Under the pieces are notes generated by a model, which worked only from the letters and a program-made list of their open reading frames with translations, was not told the origin of the DNA and made no database searches. Below are positions 51,501 to 64,000 of a stretch of DNA of 64,000 nt, piece after piece (within the stretch, counting starts at the first letter, position 1; every line of letters starts with the position of its first letter). The translations under genes were made by a program, and so were the position numbers. The stretch comes from Chiloscyllium plagiosum (Eukaryota): the NCBI RefSeq assembly GCF_004010195.1, contig NC_057719.1, positions 20,795,753-20,859,752 on the forward strand, read 5' to 3'.

Positions 51501-53093
51501 TTGGCTGAAACCATTTTCTCAAATGGCCCAGTTGTATCAAACTGATGTGGAAAAGTCAAAACAGAACAAAACTAGATGGACAATGAACTACGCATGGGAT
51601 ATGACAATAGCATTACAAATTCCAGGCAACCTTTTGAGGTTTCCCCCTGAAATTGACAGAACTTTCCCACAGACTGCATTCAAGCAACAGAAATAGTTAG
51701 TCAAACTCTTGGAGTTATACCTTGCAATCAATATTCCAGGCATGTTCAAAACTGACACAGGTATGTCTTGTCCAGTCTGTAGAGATGCTGAAACAGTCAG
51801 GAGGGAGTAGATCTGGGAGTGAGTGGACCTGGGATTCCACAATTCTGAAGCAGGCATCTTGCATCAAAATCAAATATGAGCGAAGAAACCTCCTGCTGAT
51901 ATTCAAGAAATGCTGTCTCAATTCCCCTCCATGTTGGACTCCACTTTGAAGAAGTACTAAGTGTAACAAGTGCACAGGGTGCTGGATGGGATACTTTAAT
52001 GTTCACTAACAAGTGTAGCTCAGCAGCACCACTACTGATCAAACTAGCTGAATCCTGAAGGACACAACTGTTAGACTAGACCTGTAACAGACAGTGAGGG
52101 GATTAACCTTATACCCACCAACCTACCTGTCACAGATGCAGCCATCCAAACCACCACTTGCAGAAGTGACCACTGCATTGTGTCTTTGGTGATAGAAGGT
52201 CTTCATGCGAAGCACATCCAATACTGAGTCGAATGGCGCTAAAACCTGCTAAGGGTAATGGATTCTAGACCAAAACTAGCAATCATAAAGCTTTACACAG
52301 CAGTAGAATTGTATTCAACAATGATGTGTATATCAAGGCCTGGCATATCCTTCAGCCTATTATTGCCATCAAGTCAGGAGACCAACTGAGAGAAATATAT
52401 AAGAACATACAACAAGCAGCGTCAGTCATAAAAACAAATGAAGGGCCAATTGGTGAAGGCACAACAGAAGACATCATGCATACTAAACATCAGTCACAGC
52501 TTGTGTGGAGCTAGCACACCAGTGCAAAAGGCAGAAGCATTTTCAACCATCTTACATGAGAAATGAAAAGTGGATGATCCATCTTGACCTCATCTTGAGG
52601 TCCCCGTTGTCATATGTGCCAGTGTCAGGGAATGTGATTCCCCTCACATAATACCAAGAAATAGCTAAATGCACTGTTACAACAAAGTCAATGGCAACTC
52701 TGATTGCATCCAGGCAATGGTCTCGAAGATTTGTTTTCCAGACTTAGTTGCACTCTACTTAGGTTTCTCCAGTATGGCTACAACGTTTGGCAGCTATCTG
52801 ACAAAGTGAAAAACTGTCTAATATATCTCCTATCCAGAAAATGCAGTACATTCCATTTGGGATAGATGTTGCCCAATCAGTATTGACTTAATCATCAGCA
52901 AAATGATGGAAGGGTCAGAAATTGTGTTTATTAACTGCACTTACACAGCCACAACCTACGCACTAATGCTCAATTTGTTTTTTGTCAGCTTCTTACATCA
53001 CTACAGTCTTAATGCAAATGTGGACAAAATAGCTGAATGCCAGGGATGAGGTGAGAATGATATCAAGGCTGAGTATGGAATCGTGGAATCAAT

Positions 53094-53211
53094 GCCGAGA
53101 GTATGGTGCTGAAAAAGCACAGCAGGTCAGGCAGCACTGGGCAGCTTATGCCCAAAACATCAATTCTCCTGTTCCTTGGATGCTGCACCTTCTGCAGTCC
53201 TCACTTTCTCC
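53094..53211. mobile_element. Internally deleted fold-back family-A PLE element
   Basis: Perfect 14-bp TSD atcgtggaatcaat (53080-53093 and 53212-53225). Confidence 0.85.
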
Positions 53212-54904
53212 ATCGTGGAATCAATACTTGTCTTGGAGTGGGTCCACAGGGGGATTACAAGAATAAAGACACTGTTACATGAGGAGTGGTTGAGGACTCC
53301 ATGTCTTAAGGCATTGACCTAGATCCAACCATCTTCAACTGCTTAATCATGAACCACTCTACCCCAAAAAGTCAGTTTTGTGGTCATTCTACAATTAGTA
53401 ATTTTGAGCACTCAACCATCCACATCCTGATCATAAACTTAAATTGGCTTCAAAACTAGATCTGAGTTAGAAAGTCTGCTGTAAGTAACTAATTTTCTGA
53501 CTCCTCAAAGCTTTTGTGAGGTACAAACCAGTGCCTGCTAAATACTGCTACTTAGGACTGCTGTGATTATTTAAAAAAACTCTTTATTTAAATTAAAGTA
53601 GGTACACTTATTTTCTAGGAGAAAGTGAGGACTGCAGATGCTGGAGACCAGAGTTGAAAAATGTGGTGCTGGAAAACACAGCAGGACAGGCAGCATCGAG
53701 GAGCAGGAGATTCGACATTTCGGGCATAAGCCCTTCTTCAGGAATGAGGCTGGTGTGCCAAGCGGGCTGAGATAAAAGGTAGGGGGGAGGGAATTTGGGG
53801 GAGGGGCACTGGGAATACGATAGGTGGAAGGAGCTGTCGGTTCCGTAGGCAGGTGCTGAGAAAAGAGATGCGGCTGTAGTAGCGAGTTTGTCTCAGGACG
53901 TGGCTGAAGAGCTTCAGGGCAGGACTAAGACAAGGTGGGAGGAGGGGAAATGAGGAAGCTGGAGAAATCTACCTTCATCCTGTGTGGTTGGAGGGTTCCT
54001 AGGCGGAAGATGAGGCGCTCTTCCTCCAGGCGTCATGTGGTCAGGGTCTGGCGATGGAGGAGGCCAAGGACCTGCATGTTTTTACAGGGAGCAGGGTGGG
54101 AGGAGGTGTAATCTAGGTAGCTGTGGGAGTCGGTCGGTTTGTAGTAAATGTGTTGAATCGGTCACCTGAGATAGAAATGGAGAGGTCTAGGAAGGGGAGG
54201 GAAGAGTCTGAGACGGTCCAGTTAAATTTGAGGTCGGGGTGGAAAGTGTTAGTAAAGTGGATGAACTGTTCAACCTCCTCGTGGGAGCACGAGGTAGCGC
54301 CGATTCAGTCATCGATGTAGCGGGGGAAAAGGTAGGTGGTGGTGCCAGTGTAGGTGCGGAAGATGGACTGTTCCACATATCCGACGAAGAGACAGGCATA
54401 GCTGGGGCCCATGCGGGTGCCCACGGCTACTCCTTTGGTTTGGAGGAAGTGGGAGGATTGGAAGAAGAAGTTGTTAAGAGTGAGGACCAGTTCAGTCAGT
54501 CAAAGGAGGGTGTCAGTGGAAGGGTACTGGTTGGGTCGACGGGAGAGGAATAAGCAAAGGGCTTGGAGGCCTTCGTGATGGGGGTTGGAAGTGTATAGGG
54601 ACTGGATGTGTGGGCCAGTGAGGGAGGCGCAGTTGTAGTTTGTCGCACTGATCTTTACACCCCGTGCTGGCCTCTTACCCGCCCTCGATCTCTTCATATC
54701 TAACTGACGCCGCGGACATTGACCACCTCAACCTGTCCATCTCTCTCACCCACTCCAACCTCTCACCCTCACAACGCGCAGCCCTCCACTCCCTCCGTTC
54801 CAACCCCAACCTCACCATCAAACCGGCAGACAAGGGAGGCACAGTGGTAGTTTGGTGCACCGATATTTACACCGCTGAAGCTAGACGCCAACTCGCGGAC
54901 ACCA

Positions 54905-55029
54905 NNNNNNNNNNNNNNNNNNNNNNNNNNNNNNNNNNNNNNNNNNNNNNNNNNNNNNNNNNNNNNNNNNNNNNNNNNNNNNNNNNNNNNNNNNNNNNNN
55001 NNNNNNNNNNNNNNNNNNNNNNNNNNNNN
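54905..55029. other. Assembly gap (N run)
   Basis: Run of n. Confidence 1.
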
Positions 55030-56071
55030 CGAACTCATCTCTGCATACCTTGACACTGTCCTGTCCCCCTTAGTCCAAGAACTCCCCACCTATGTTCGGG
55101 ACACCACCCACGCCCTCCACCTACTCCATGATTTTCGCTTCCCCGGCCCCTAACACCTTATCTTCATGATGGACATCCAGTCCCTATACACTTCCATCCC
55201 CCAACACGAAGGCTTCCAAGCCCTCCGCTTCTTCCTCTCCCGCAGTCCCAACCAGTACCCTTCCACTGACACCCTCCTTCTACTGACTGAACTGGTCCTC
55301 ACTTTTCACAACTTCTCCTTCCAATCCTCCCACTTCCTCCAAACCAAAGGGTTATCCATGAGCACCCGCATGGGCCACAGCTATGCCTGCCTCTTCGTCG
55401 GATATGTGGAACAGTCTGTCTTCCGCAGCTACACTGGCACCAACCCCACCTTTTCCTCTGCTACATCCATGATTGTATTGGTGCTACCTCATGCTCCCAC
55501 GAGGAGGTTGAACAGTTCATCCACTTTACTGACACCTTCAACCCGACCTCAAATTTACCTGGACAGTCTCAGACTCCTTCCTCCCCTTCCTAGACCTCTC
55601 CATTTCTATCTCGGGCGACTGACTCAATACAGACATTTACTACAAACCGACCGACTCCCACAGCTGTCTAGATTACACCTCCTCCCACCCTGCCCCCTGT
55701 AAAATCACCATCCCATATTCCCAATTCCTTTGCCTCCGTCGCATCTGCTCTCAGGAGGACAAACTCCACTACTTAACAACCCAAATGGCCTCCTTTTTCA
55801 AAGACGCAATTTCCCCTCCGACGTGGTCGACGATGCTCTCCACCGCATCTCCTCCACTTCCCGCACCTCCGCCTTTGAACCCTGCCCCTCCAATCGCCAC
55901 CAGGACAGAACCCCACTGGTCCTCACCTTCCACCCCACCAATCTCCAGATACATCATATCATCCTTCGTCATTTCCGCCACCTCCAAACAGACCCCATTA
56001 CCAAGGATATATTTCCCTCCCCACCCCTATCAGTGTTCCGGAGAGACCACTCCCTCCACGACTCCCTCGTC

Positions 56072-56277
56072 NNNNNNNNNNNNNNNNNNNNNNNNNNNNN
56101 NNNNNNNNNNNNNNNNNNNNNNNNNNNNNNNNNNNNNNNNNNNNNNNNNNNNNNNNNNNNNNNNNNNNNNNNNNNNNNNNNNNNNNNNNNNNNNNNNNNN
56201 NNNNNNNNNNNNNNNNNNNNNNNNNNNNNNNNNNNNNNNNNNNNNNNNNNNNNNNNNNNNNNNNNNNNNNNNNNNNN
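56072..56277. other. Assembly gap (N run) where the GIY-YIG domain would be expected
   Basis: Run of n. Confidence 1.
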
Positions 56278-56376
56278 CTCATCCTCACCTCCTTCCACCT
56301 ATCGTATTCCCAGTGCCCCTCCCCCAAATTTCCTCCCCACTACCTTTTATCTCAGCCCGCTTGGCACACCAGCATC

Positions 56377-56412
56377 ATTCCTGAAGAAGGGCTTATGTCC
56401 GAAACGTCGAAT
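56377..56412 (+). ncRNA. Predicted minimal type-I hammerhead ribozyme (family A) in the PLE terminal repeat
   Basis: AUUC CUGAAGA A GGGC-UUAU-GUCC GAAA CG UC GAAU; stem I AUUC/GAAU; predicted cut after 56408. Confidence 0.78.
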
Positions 56413-56699
56413 CTCCTGCTGCTCGGATGCTGCCTGAACTGCTGTGTTTTCCAGCACCACATTTTCCAACACTCATTTTCTATACTCCAGCAGATTACCT
56501 GCCTCCTCCTCTATATTACCATGTGATAATCGAATCAAATTACATCATTATATACCAACATCACTACAAATTGTTGTCTTAAGACTCTACATTTCCCCCA
56601 AAATCCTTACTGCCACTATCCTGTGAACATCTTCAGTTCAAATTATCCTATTTCATAAAGTTTGTTCATCATGGTGTTTTGACCAACCTCCCTGATTTA

Positions 56700-58326
56700 G
56701 TTCTGATCTAATTTTTATGTCTTTGATACTCTTCACTCTTCTTCAGCCTGTGTACTTCTCTCTCGGGTGGTTGCACCTTTTCTTCCACTCATTCTGGTAA
56801 CTTTTTCCACATTTCTGTTGATTTCTTATTCAACAATGCTAATGCATTTTATTTCTTCTGATTATCCTGTGATCTGTTGCAACCCTATATGATCGTAGTT
56901 GCTGGATTATTTTGTTGATCTCTTATACATTCTCTCTCCTGAGGCTGTAGCTCTGGTAAATCTTGCATTCTGCATGTTTTGTTAAAGTTTCTAGCCTGGT
57001 GGTCCTTTTGCATTTTCACACTACAATGGTCATTCTCATTGATGAATGACTGTAGCTTCTGAGACAGAGATAAAAGTTATGCTCTCAATCTTCTGTATAT
57101 CAATAACTCTGATGGTAATAATCCTTCCTATGGTTGTGATGACCTGTAAGACTTAAATCTTCATTCTTTTCAATATTGTTTTCATTGTACAAAAGCTTTG
57201 TTCATCTTATCCACTTACTTGTGAATAGTGTGGTGAACATGTGACATGAAAAACGTTGCATTCACATGGAAACCTTTTGAACAGTTCAGTTTCAAATTGC
57301 AGACCATTGTCTGTGACTTCAATATTCAGAATGCCATGTGTTCAGATTTCATTGTGTGTTTCTACTATTGCTTCTGCATTGATCCTGTGTAGATAGTTTA
57401 CCTGAATCACCTCAAGTAGTAGTTTATGGCAATAAAGAAAATCTTGTCTTTGTACAATTCTGCTCCCAAGTGCTGGCAAGACTTTGATGAAAAAGATGAT
57501 GGTAATAGTGGTTCTCTCTTCTCTTGATTGTTCACCACATAAAAAATGCAGTTGTTGATAGTTTCTTCTGTGGAGTTTGAAACAGCTGGCCACTACACTG
57601 CCCACTGCATATTCACACAACACTTCCAATCCCAAATAACTGATTAATTCACTGAAGAATTTCTAGTCTAATTGCTCTTTACATTATTGAGTGATTGAAG
57701 ATTAGCAAGTCATTGATAACAGAAGGAAATCTACACTCCCAAAGTAGTTGTGTTGTATGGGATTATTCAGTACATAGTCTAGCCAACCTTCCAAACAACA
57801 TTTCCTTTTCTTGTTACATTTGTGTTTTTCAGGTTTCTTGAAGTTTTTCACTGCATCTGCTAAATGTTTACCAACTTCTGACATGTTTTCAACCTCTTCT
57901 ATGAAGTCTAACTCTACTTTCTCTGCTGCAGTTACTGGTGTGCTGAACATTGCTTCTGATACTTACCAAGCATGTATTTAGTTTTTCAGTCCTATCTCAT
58001 TAGCCTCAATCTGAACTGTTGTGCTGTGAGCGGCATGTTAGAAATTAATTTTGCATTCAAAAGAATGGTTTATGATCCCTTTCTAATCTAAAGTGTCGTC
58101 GCACTATATATTTTTTGATATTTTCACATGACTATGTTACTGCTATAACCTACTTTTTGAACATTGTTTTGTCTTGATGAATATTCCAAATACATAGTAG
58201 ACTGGGTCTATGCTTTCTGTATTTCTGTACCTGAAAGAGTGCTGTTCCTAACCCTGTTGCAGATGAATTAGATACTAATATAGTCCATTATGATCCATTG
58301 AGCATAATGTGCTAGGATTTCTGCAC
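56700..58326 (-). mobile_element. Gypsy/Ty3 LTR retrotransposon pol remnant (RNase H plus integrase), heavily decayed
   Basis: Minus strand ILAHY, SSATGLGTALFQ, RDHKP, QQFRLRLMR, HGILNIEVTDNGLQF, HVTCSPHYSQVSG, TMKTILKKNED in RH-then-IN order. Confidence 0.8.
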
Positions 58327-59454
58327 ATTTTAGAAAATGGGTTTTATAATGTGCGTGCATATATACATTTTGAAAAGTTCGGTAGTGGGCAACAATGAGA
58401 TGAGTAATTATTTAATGTGTTGGTAAAATCAGGAATTTCTGCTGAATTCCTGCTGAAATCAGGAATTTCTTAATTATGTCAATCACTCTTTCCTGGTCAA
58501 CATTCCAGTACCATTTCTGACGCCCACATTGTAAGCATCTCAAAAATGCCTTTACCTCTACTAAGCAGGCAAAACCTTCATACTTTTAATTCCAGACTTT
58601 TTAAAAATTGGGTTCAAAATCCACCATCTGTCATGATGGGATTTAATCCCAGGTCTCCAGGACATTACAAGTGTTTCTGGATTAATGATTTAGCGATAAT
58701 TCCACTGCAACATTGCCTTCCCTTTACTATTAATATTGTTATTATTATTTGGAAATTTTACTTTTAATATGATCAAAAATGTATAGTTGACTTATATATC
58801 TGTGCTGTTTCTGTTTAGAAGGAAAGGACATAACATTCACTTCATTATCAAGTTTGTATCTGGTATAGATTTGTCTGTAAATTTGTTAATGCATGCATTT
58901 TTAATGAGGACTTCGAGTCGAGCTTGAGGTGAACAGTTCAGTGCATTAGATACAAGAGTAGAAAATAAAATTGTTGTTGCCTGGTGACTGAAGACCAGTA
59001 TCACAGAAAAACTGGAACCATCTAGAAGGTAAAGAATTGTATGTAGGTTCAGTCAGAATGAAAAAAAAACAACCTATTAATATAGCATTCTCTGAAACAG
59101 TCAGAGCTGAAAAAAAAGCTTTGAGTGACTCAGAAGAAAAGTCAAGAAGCAGAAACCTGCTGGAAACTGAGGATATGGATAATGATGCGTCAAGTCGGAA
59201 AATGTTAGAAGTCATAAAATAGAAAACAGCAGAAACCAATTATATTTATGCCAAGATCAAACTGGAGACACGGTGACTCTTCACTGTGTTTAAGTGTCTG
59301 TGAGGTTGTTGTGGGTGGGGAGAAAGGTGGGTTTTTTTATTAAGACTGTCTACTAACACCAGATATCTGATGATAAATTTCACTGAGCATGTCCACTACC
59401 GAACTTTTCAAAATGTATATATGCACGCACATTATAAAACCCATTTTCTAAAAT
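58327..59454. repeat. Perfect 62-bp inverted repeat pair (58327-58388 and 59393-59454)
   Basis: attttagaaaatgggttttataatgtgcgtgcatatatacattttgaaaagttcggtagtgg and its exact reverse complement. Confidence 0.95.
58540..58722 (-). mobile_element. tRNA-headed SINE 5' fragment (family of 4948-5268); another decayed copy at ~60750-61010
   Basis: ttttaattccagact...gggatttaatcccaggtctccaggacattac. Confidence 0.6.
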
Positions 59455-62030
59455 AAAGAAAACTCTACATACCTGTAATTGATAGTATTTTTTTCTCTTC
59501 ATCTATGTATTTTATTTTCATTTTGTAAAATCATTTTTAAGGGTTTGTTCTGTTTTTAACATTCTGTATTTCAATTTAATTCAGAGATTTCACTTATTAT
59601 GCATGTCCTGGGTGTCAGCAAACACAGTTATATGTATTTTTGATAAATGTACGAGACCATTTCAATAATGTTTGTTTAATGAAGAATAATTCCCTTTGTT
59701 TTGTGTGTAAATAAAGTTTAATGTTCATTTACTAAAGTACATTATGGAGCCCTTGTCATTATGTTATGCGATTGACAACAATGGTAAACAAACTGCAAAA
59801 ATGATTCTTGCGCTCTCACTCTGGGATCTGACCCAGCCCTGTATTACCATCAATTGGGATCATAGCAGTTGCTAAATAAGTACTTCCATCACAGCGTTTA
59901 TATTACATGCATTGTGGCTGTGTTGAAGTTGTATTTATTGATTCTATCAGTTTCCTTTCCCATGAGATAAATATCTTCTCTCTCTATCGTTGTCAGTTGC
60001 TTTTCTGTGCATTGGAATCATACCATGCCCTTGCGCAATCTCTTTCTCCGGCCAACATTACCAACACATTAAATAATTACTCATCTCACTGTTGTCTGTG
60101 GGATCTAATTGTAGGTAAAATGGTCATTTCTGAAGCGAGATAGGTACTTACTAAATGCGATGATTTTTAAAATGTTTTTTCATTGTTGGTTAGATGTTCC
60201 ATTAGCTGTGATTTTGAGCTTATAATAGATTACTTTCCAGTGTATTTGTTGCTGATAATAAATAAATAAATCAATTTCTCCCCTCAAAATTTTGAACTGA
60301 GTTGTACCGCAGTTTTTAATTCATCCCTCAGTTCACTCTGTAAACTGGAATTTATCACACAACAGATCATTTACCTATAAACCTAGTTCCATAAGCTCTC
60401 TTCTTTCTGAAATACAAACATCATTATCCTCTCTCAGGCAGTTAATTCCCCAAAGGTGAGAGCTAGATTCAATAACCTCAATATAAACAAACAAAAGACA
60501 CATGCAGTAGTTCATCTTGAGTCTAAGACAGGAGGCATTGTGCATCTAAAGCTCTAACAGATGCACAAAGGAGAATGACAAAGAGAATAAAATGTTCGAA
60601 AGGACGAAGAAGGACAAAAGGAAGACAGAGATGAAAAGACCGAGAGGACAGCAGAATCATCAAACAACAACTTATATTTAGAAAGTGACTTTAAAGCAAT
60701 GGAATATCCCAAGGTGCTTTAAGGTTTGATGCTTCTCATAGGTTTGCAAGGCTGTTTTATATGTCAGTTTAAAGCCTACCAGATTGCTATAGTTCTGGGT
60801 AAATGTGTCGGCCACACCAGGTTATATGGTGGACAAGGACATCAGTGAACCAAAAGATTATTTAGCATAATCCAACATTTTCATGATTATTATTATTTAA
60901 AATAACTTAATATTCAAATGTATTAACTGATACAATCTAAATTCCCACAGCTGCTGCAATGTTATTTGAACTCATTTTATTCTTAGTATTATCCCAGGAA
61001 CAACCAGCACTGTAAAAAGGTCAATGTCCTTCTCCACTCTGCCAGCATGAATGTCACAATCTTCTCACTCCATCTGTTCTGCTATATTCAACTCATACTC
61101 TACCATTCCCACTTTGTCTGCAACATCTTCTCTACTTGCTCACACCCACCCTGACAGCCAACACTGGTCACCCTGCATGACCACTGTGCTGCCTACTCCC
61201 TCACTCCTCCCTGTATGTACCAACAGTAATATCTGAGCTATCTAACTTCATCTCCCATAATACCTGCCTTTGTTCCATTCTATGAGGAAAACAGCATGTA
61301 ATAGTGCAGGAAGTACCAAGGAGGAGGTATGGTGTCACTTCAGCTCTTATGATGAAAATGTCCTGGCTTCGACCACTCTGAGCAGAGTCTGGACTGATAT
61401 TAGATACTGCCCTTGCCTAACTGTACCTGAACTCCTGAGTGATGGCTACCTCATTTAAATTGTCTGAGGCCTGACGACAACTGTGACAAGCTTCCTGACT
61501 TTACATCTGCACTAATTAGCATTGCACGACAGCAATGCTATAAGCCTTGTAAACGGGACAAAGCATAATAACACAAGGCAAACAAACATGCATTCTGTGA
61601 GCGTGCAGGTAGGCTCAATATGATTCAGCACTAAAACAGCAATAGAAACAGCCCAAGATTCAACCTGGTCCAGTACATGGGTTGAGTTTCTGTCTCTGAA
61701 CACAATGCCCTGCCTGCAGCATTACTATAATAATTGCTGGTGTTACCCTAGGTTCACAACTGAATTGCAGAAGTACCCTGTAGGATGTGCCATGAGGTGT
61801 CATAGAGGCTGGCACATGTCAGATGCCAATGTCCATGGATATTGAGTGCATGTGATTAGTGCCCATGAAACCTGTCCTGAACTGTTGATACCCGGTTTCC
61901 AATATGAAGTTACTTGGAGCCAACAGTGAGCTGAAACAGGTACTCACTCTCATTTCCTTGTCAAGTTTTCCCAATGTTAAGCTTTTTTGTCGAGTTTGGT
62001 AAAACGGAGTTTGAACATTAATTGAACAGA

Positions 62031-62122
62031 TTTCCTGAAGAAGGGCTTATGCCCAAAACATCGATTCTCCTGCTCCTTGGATGCTACCTGACCTGCTGCA
62101 CTTTTCCAGCAACACATTTTTC
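62031..62122 (+). mobile_element. Family-A PLE terminal unit, core decayed at CpG sites
   Basis: ttcCTGAAGAagggcttatgcccAAAAcaTCgattctcc; flanking near-direct repeat agtttgaa(c/t)attaat. Confidence 0.85.
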
Positions 62123-63299
62123 AGTTTGAATATTAATGACTTATATTGGGCTGTGAACAAAGTATAAAGGTAACGTGGCCACAGTCCTAACAGACTTTCA
62201 TCAAGAGATAGACGACTGGTCATGGTTCATCCTGGGGGTCATCATACCTCACTGCAAGGGGAGTGATTGAGAAGGAGAGTCCATCATGGTAACCTCAGCC
62301 AGTGCAGGAATTGAACCCACACTATTGGCATCACTCAGCTTTGCAAACCAGCCCTGGTTTCACTGTTGATTAGGAACTCACCACTGCCTCACGAGAATCT
62401 TACCACAGCACTTGTGGAAATCATAAAAGTGAAATGAGATAATCTTGACAACAAGATGGACATGGTTTCAGTAGTTGCCCTGTTCTGCCACACGTTTCGA
62501 GGACTACAGAGATTGGGCTGGAGAGTGGGAGTAGAATGGTAACAGACACAAAGGGTTGAGAGGCCTCCTTCTTCACTGCAAAATTCTATGATTGTATCTA
62601 ACCAGAGCCCACACCACTCAGACCCCTAAAAGATTCCATCATCTGCCCTTAACTGCTATTTCTTAATATTATCTCCTCTATTGCATTCTTTTGTTGTGTT
62701 TTATGCCTACATCCATGAGTTTGGCTTCAAGATTAATTGGTCAAGGAGAAAGCAATATCAAGAATTGTTTCCAGTTTTAGGCTTCTTTATAATACTGTTT
62801 ATTACATACAAAGTTGTATGTATTACAGTACATGATAACATGACATATACAATTTACTGTTGCATTATGGAAAGGCTATTCCATAAACTCTATATGTAAA
62901 CATGTAATACTAGCCGGTCTACTCTAACGTGCTTCTCTACACTTGTTTGTCTCTCCTTTGCTTTCTCTCCCGCAACTCTGCCTACATTGTACTTCTCCTC
63001 ACAGAGCAGTGGAGAGCTGCTCTGTGACATCATCACATGTTTATCCCAAGGTCCGAGACGGCTTAAATAACATTTGTTAATCCTTGTTTCAATCTCTTGG
63101 TGTTAATACAGCGACTAATATACCCCTCAAGATTTGTAGAGTCTAAATTTGCACTTCTTATAATTACATTGGTGAAGAAATCTCAAATCTCAGCACTTGT
63201 ATCTTTTACAAACATATGGGCGTACAAAATAGGAACAGAAGTAGACCATACCTAAAAACTTCAGTTTGTGGTAATGTTAAGCAGATTGACTGCTAGAAC

Positions 63300-63682
63300 A
63301 TTATTGATTTGATTTGCTATTGTCACGTGTACTGAGGTACAGTAAAAGTTTTGTTTTGCATGCAGTACAAGCAGATTATAACATACAAAGGTCATAGGGT
63401 GATTGAACAGAGTGAGGAATACAAATTTACAAAGAAGATGCACAAAAAGCAAGATCAATATTAGATTTGAAATTTGAGAGCTCCATTCAGAAGTCTAATA
63501 ACAGTGGGGAAGAAGCTGTTCTTGAACCTGTTGGTCCATGTATTTATGTCTTTTGCCTGATGGACGAGGTTGGAACAGATCATAACCAGGTTAGGAGGGG
63601 TCATTGATGATGTTGGCTGCCTTTCTGAGGCAGTGAGAAATGTAGATGGAGTCAATGGATGGTTGATTATACTGGCAGTCAA
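63300..63682 (-). mobile_element. Rex1/Babar-like LINE 3' end
   Basis: Minus strand TNRFKNSFFPTVIRLLN C-terminal motif; tail gtacacgtgacaatagcaaatcaaatcaat. Confidence 0.65.
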
Positions 63683-64000
63683 GGAAGGTGTCCCACTTTC
63701 TTCCCATCAGAAACTTTAGGTCATCCAAAGTTGTGCTGTCAATGTTTTAACTTGTCCCATGTCCCATCCCCCAACAGCTCTGACCTACGTTAGCACCCCA
63801 TCAAACAATCCTTGTTTACAAATCTTTTAATCTCATCCCTATCTTCATAAAATATTCTAGCCTCCAAGTTATCTGCATGCCTCTAATTCTGGCCACCAAG
63901 GCTGTGTCTACAGTTGCTGAGGTCTGGAATTTTTTCACTAAGCACTTTCTGTCTCATTTTCCTTCTTTATGGCACTCCTTAAAAGCTAAAATTTTAACCA

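Larger units (their letters stand above)
50103..53560 (+). mobile_element. Very old copy of the 33470-family LINE with tRNA-like 5' head; hosts several later insertions
   Basis: Head remnant gtttgaatcc...ctcagtaatggtgatcatgaa, then EN start KLTELSHRL..KQQ at ~51650; later RT remnants atcatcagcaaaatgatggaagg and gatgaggtgagaatgatatcaaggc. Confidence 0.6.
53618..56469. mobile_element. Large Penelope-like element (Neptune-like RT) with inverted halves and family-A termini
   Basis: Plus strand TIKPADKGG, MDIQSLYTSIP, QTKGLSMSTRMGHSYACLFVGYVE, YYKPTDSH, IPYSQF; minus-strand RT with RYIDD at ~54000-54610; inverted ends 53650-53832 and 56285-56469; TSD cacttattttcta / cactcattttcta. Confidence 0.92.

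Noticed and set aside
55730..56437. Long ORFs of about 200-235 aa
   Set aside because: Inflated by the N gap and the C-rich PLE sequence.
58066..58082. gtttatgatccc as an LTR 5' end pairing with gggatcatagca near 59860
   Set aside because: It is the antisense of the RDHKP (TDHKP-like) RNase H motif within the Gypsy pol remnant.

Overview
Repeat-dominated eukaryotic genomic DNA, most likely intronic or intergenic. The HE1/V-SINEs, HER1/CR1-type LINEs and Deu-domain SINEs point to a cartilaginous fish such as a shark (inference from known repeat families). No intact host gene can be supported. Contents: many decayed CR1 LINEs, including one near-complete ORF2 with four nested insertions; an older LINE family with a tRNA-like head and a matching SINE; HE1 and Deu SINEs; Gypsy pol and Harbinger Myb remnants; two N gaps; and a dense set of Penelope-like elements (PLEs). 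The PLEs are the most informative part. At least five sequence families carry a minimal type-I hammerhead ribozyme core (CTGANGA-N-stemII-GAAA-CG/GC-TH) with family-specific compensating stems. They occur as large inverted elements, as ~90-135 bp monomers starting at the ribozyme, and as TSD-flanked fold-back palindromes. One PLE insertion carries ~275 bp of neighbouring genomic DNA inside its TSD. Coordinates of old repeats are approximate, and all alignments were done by eye.
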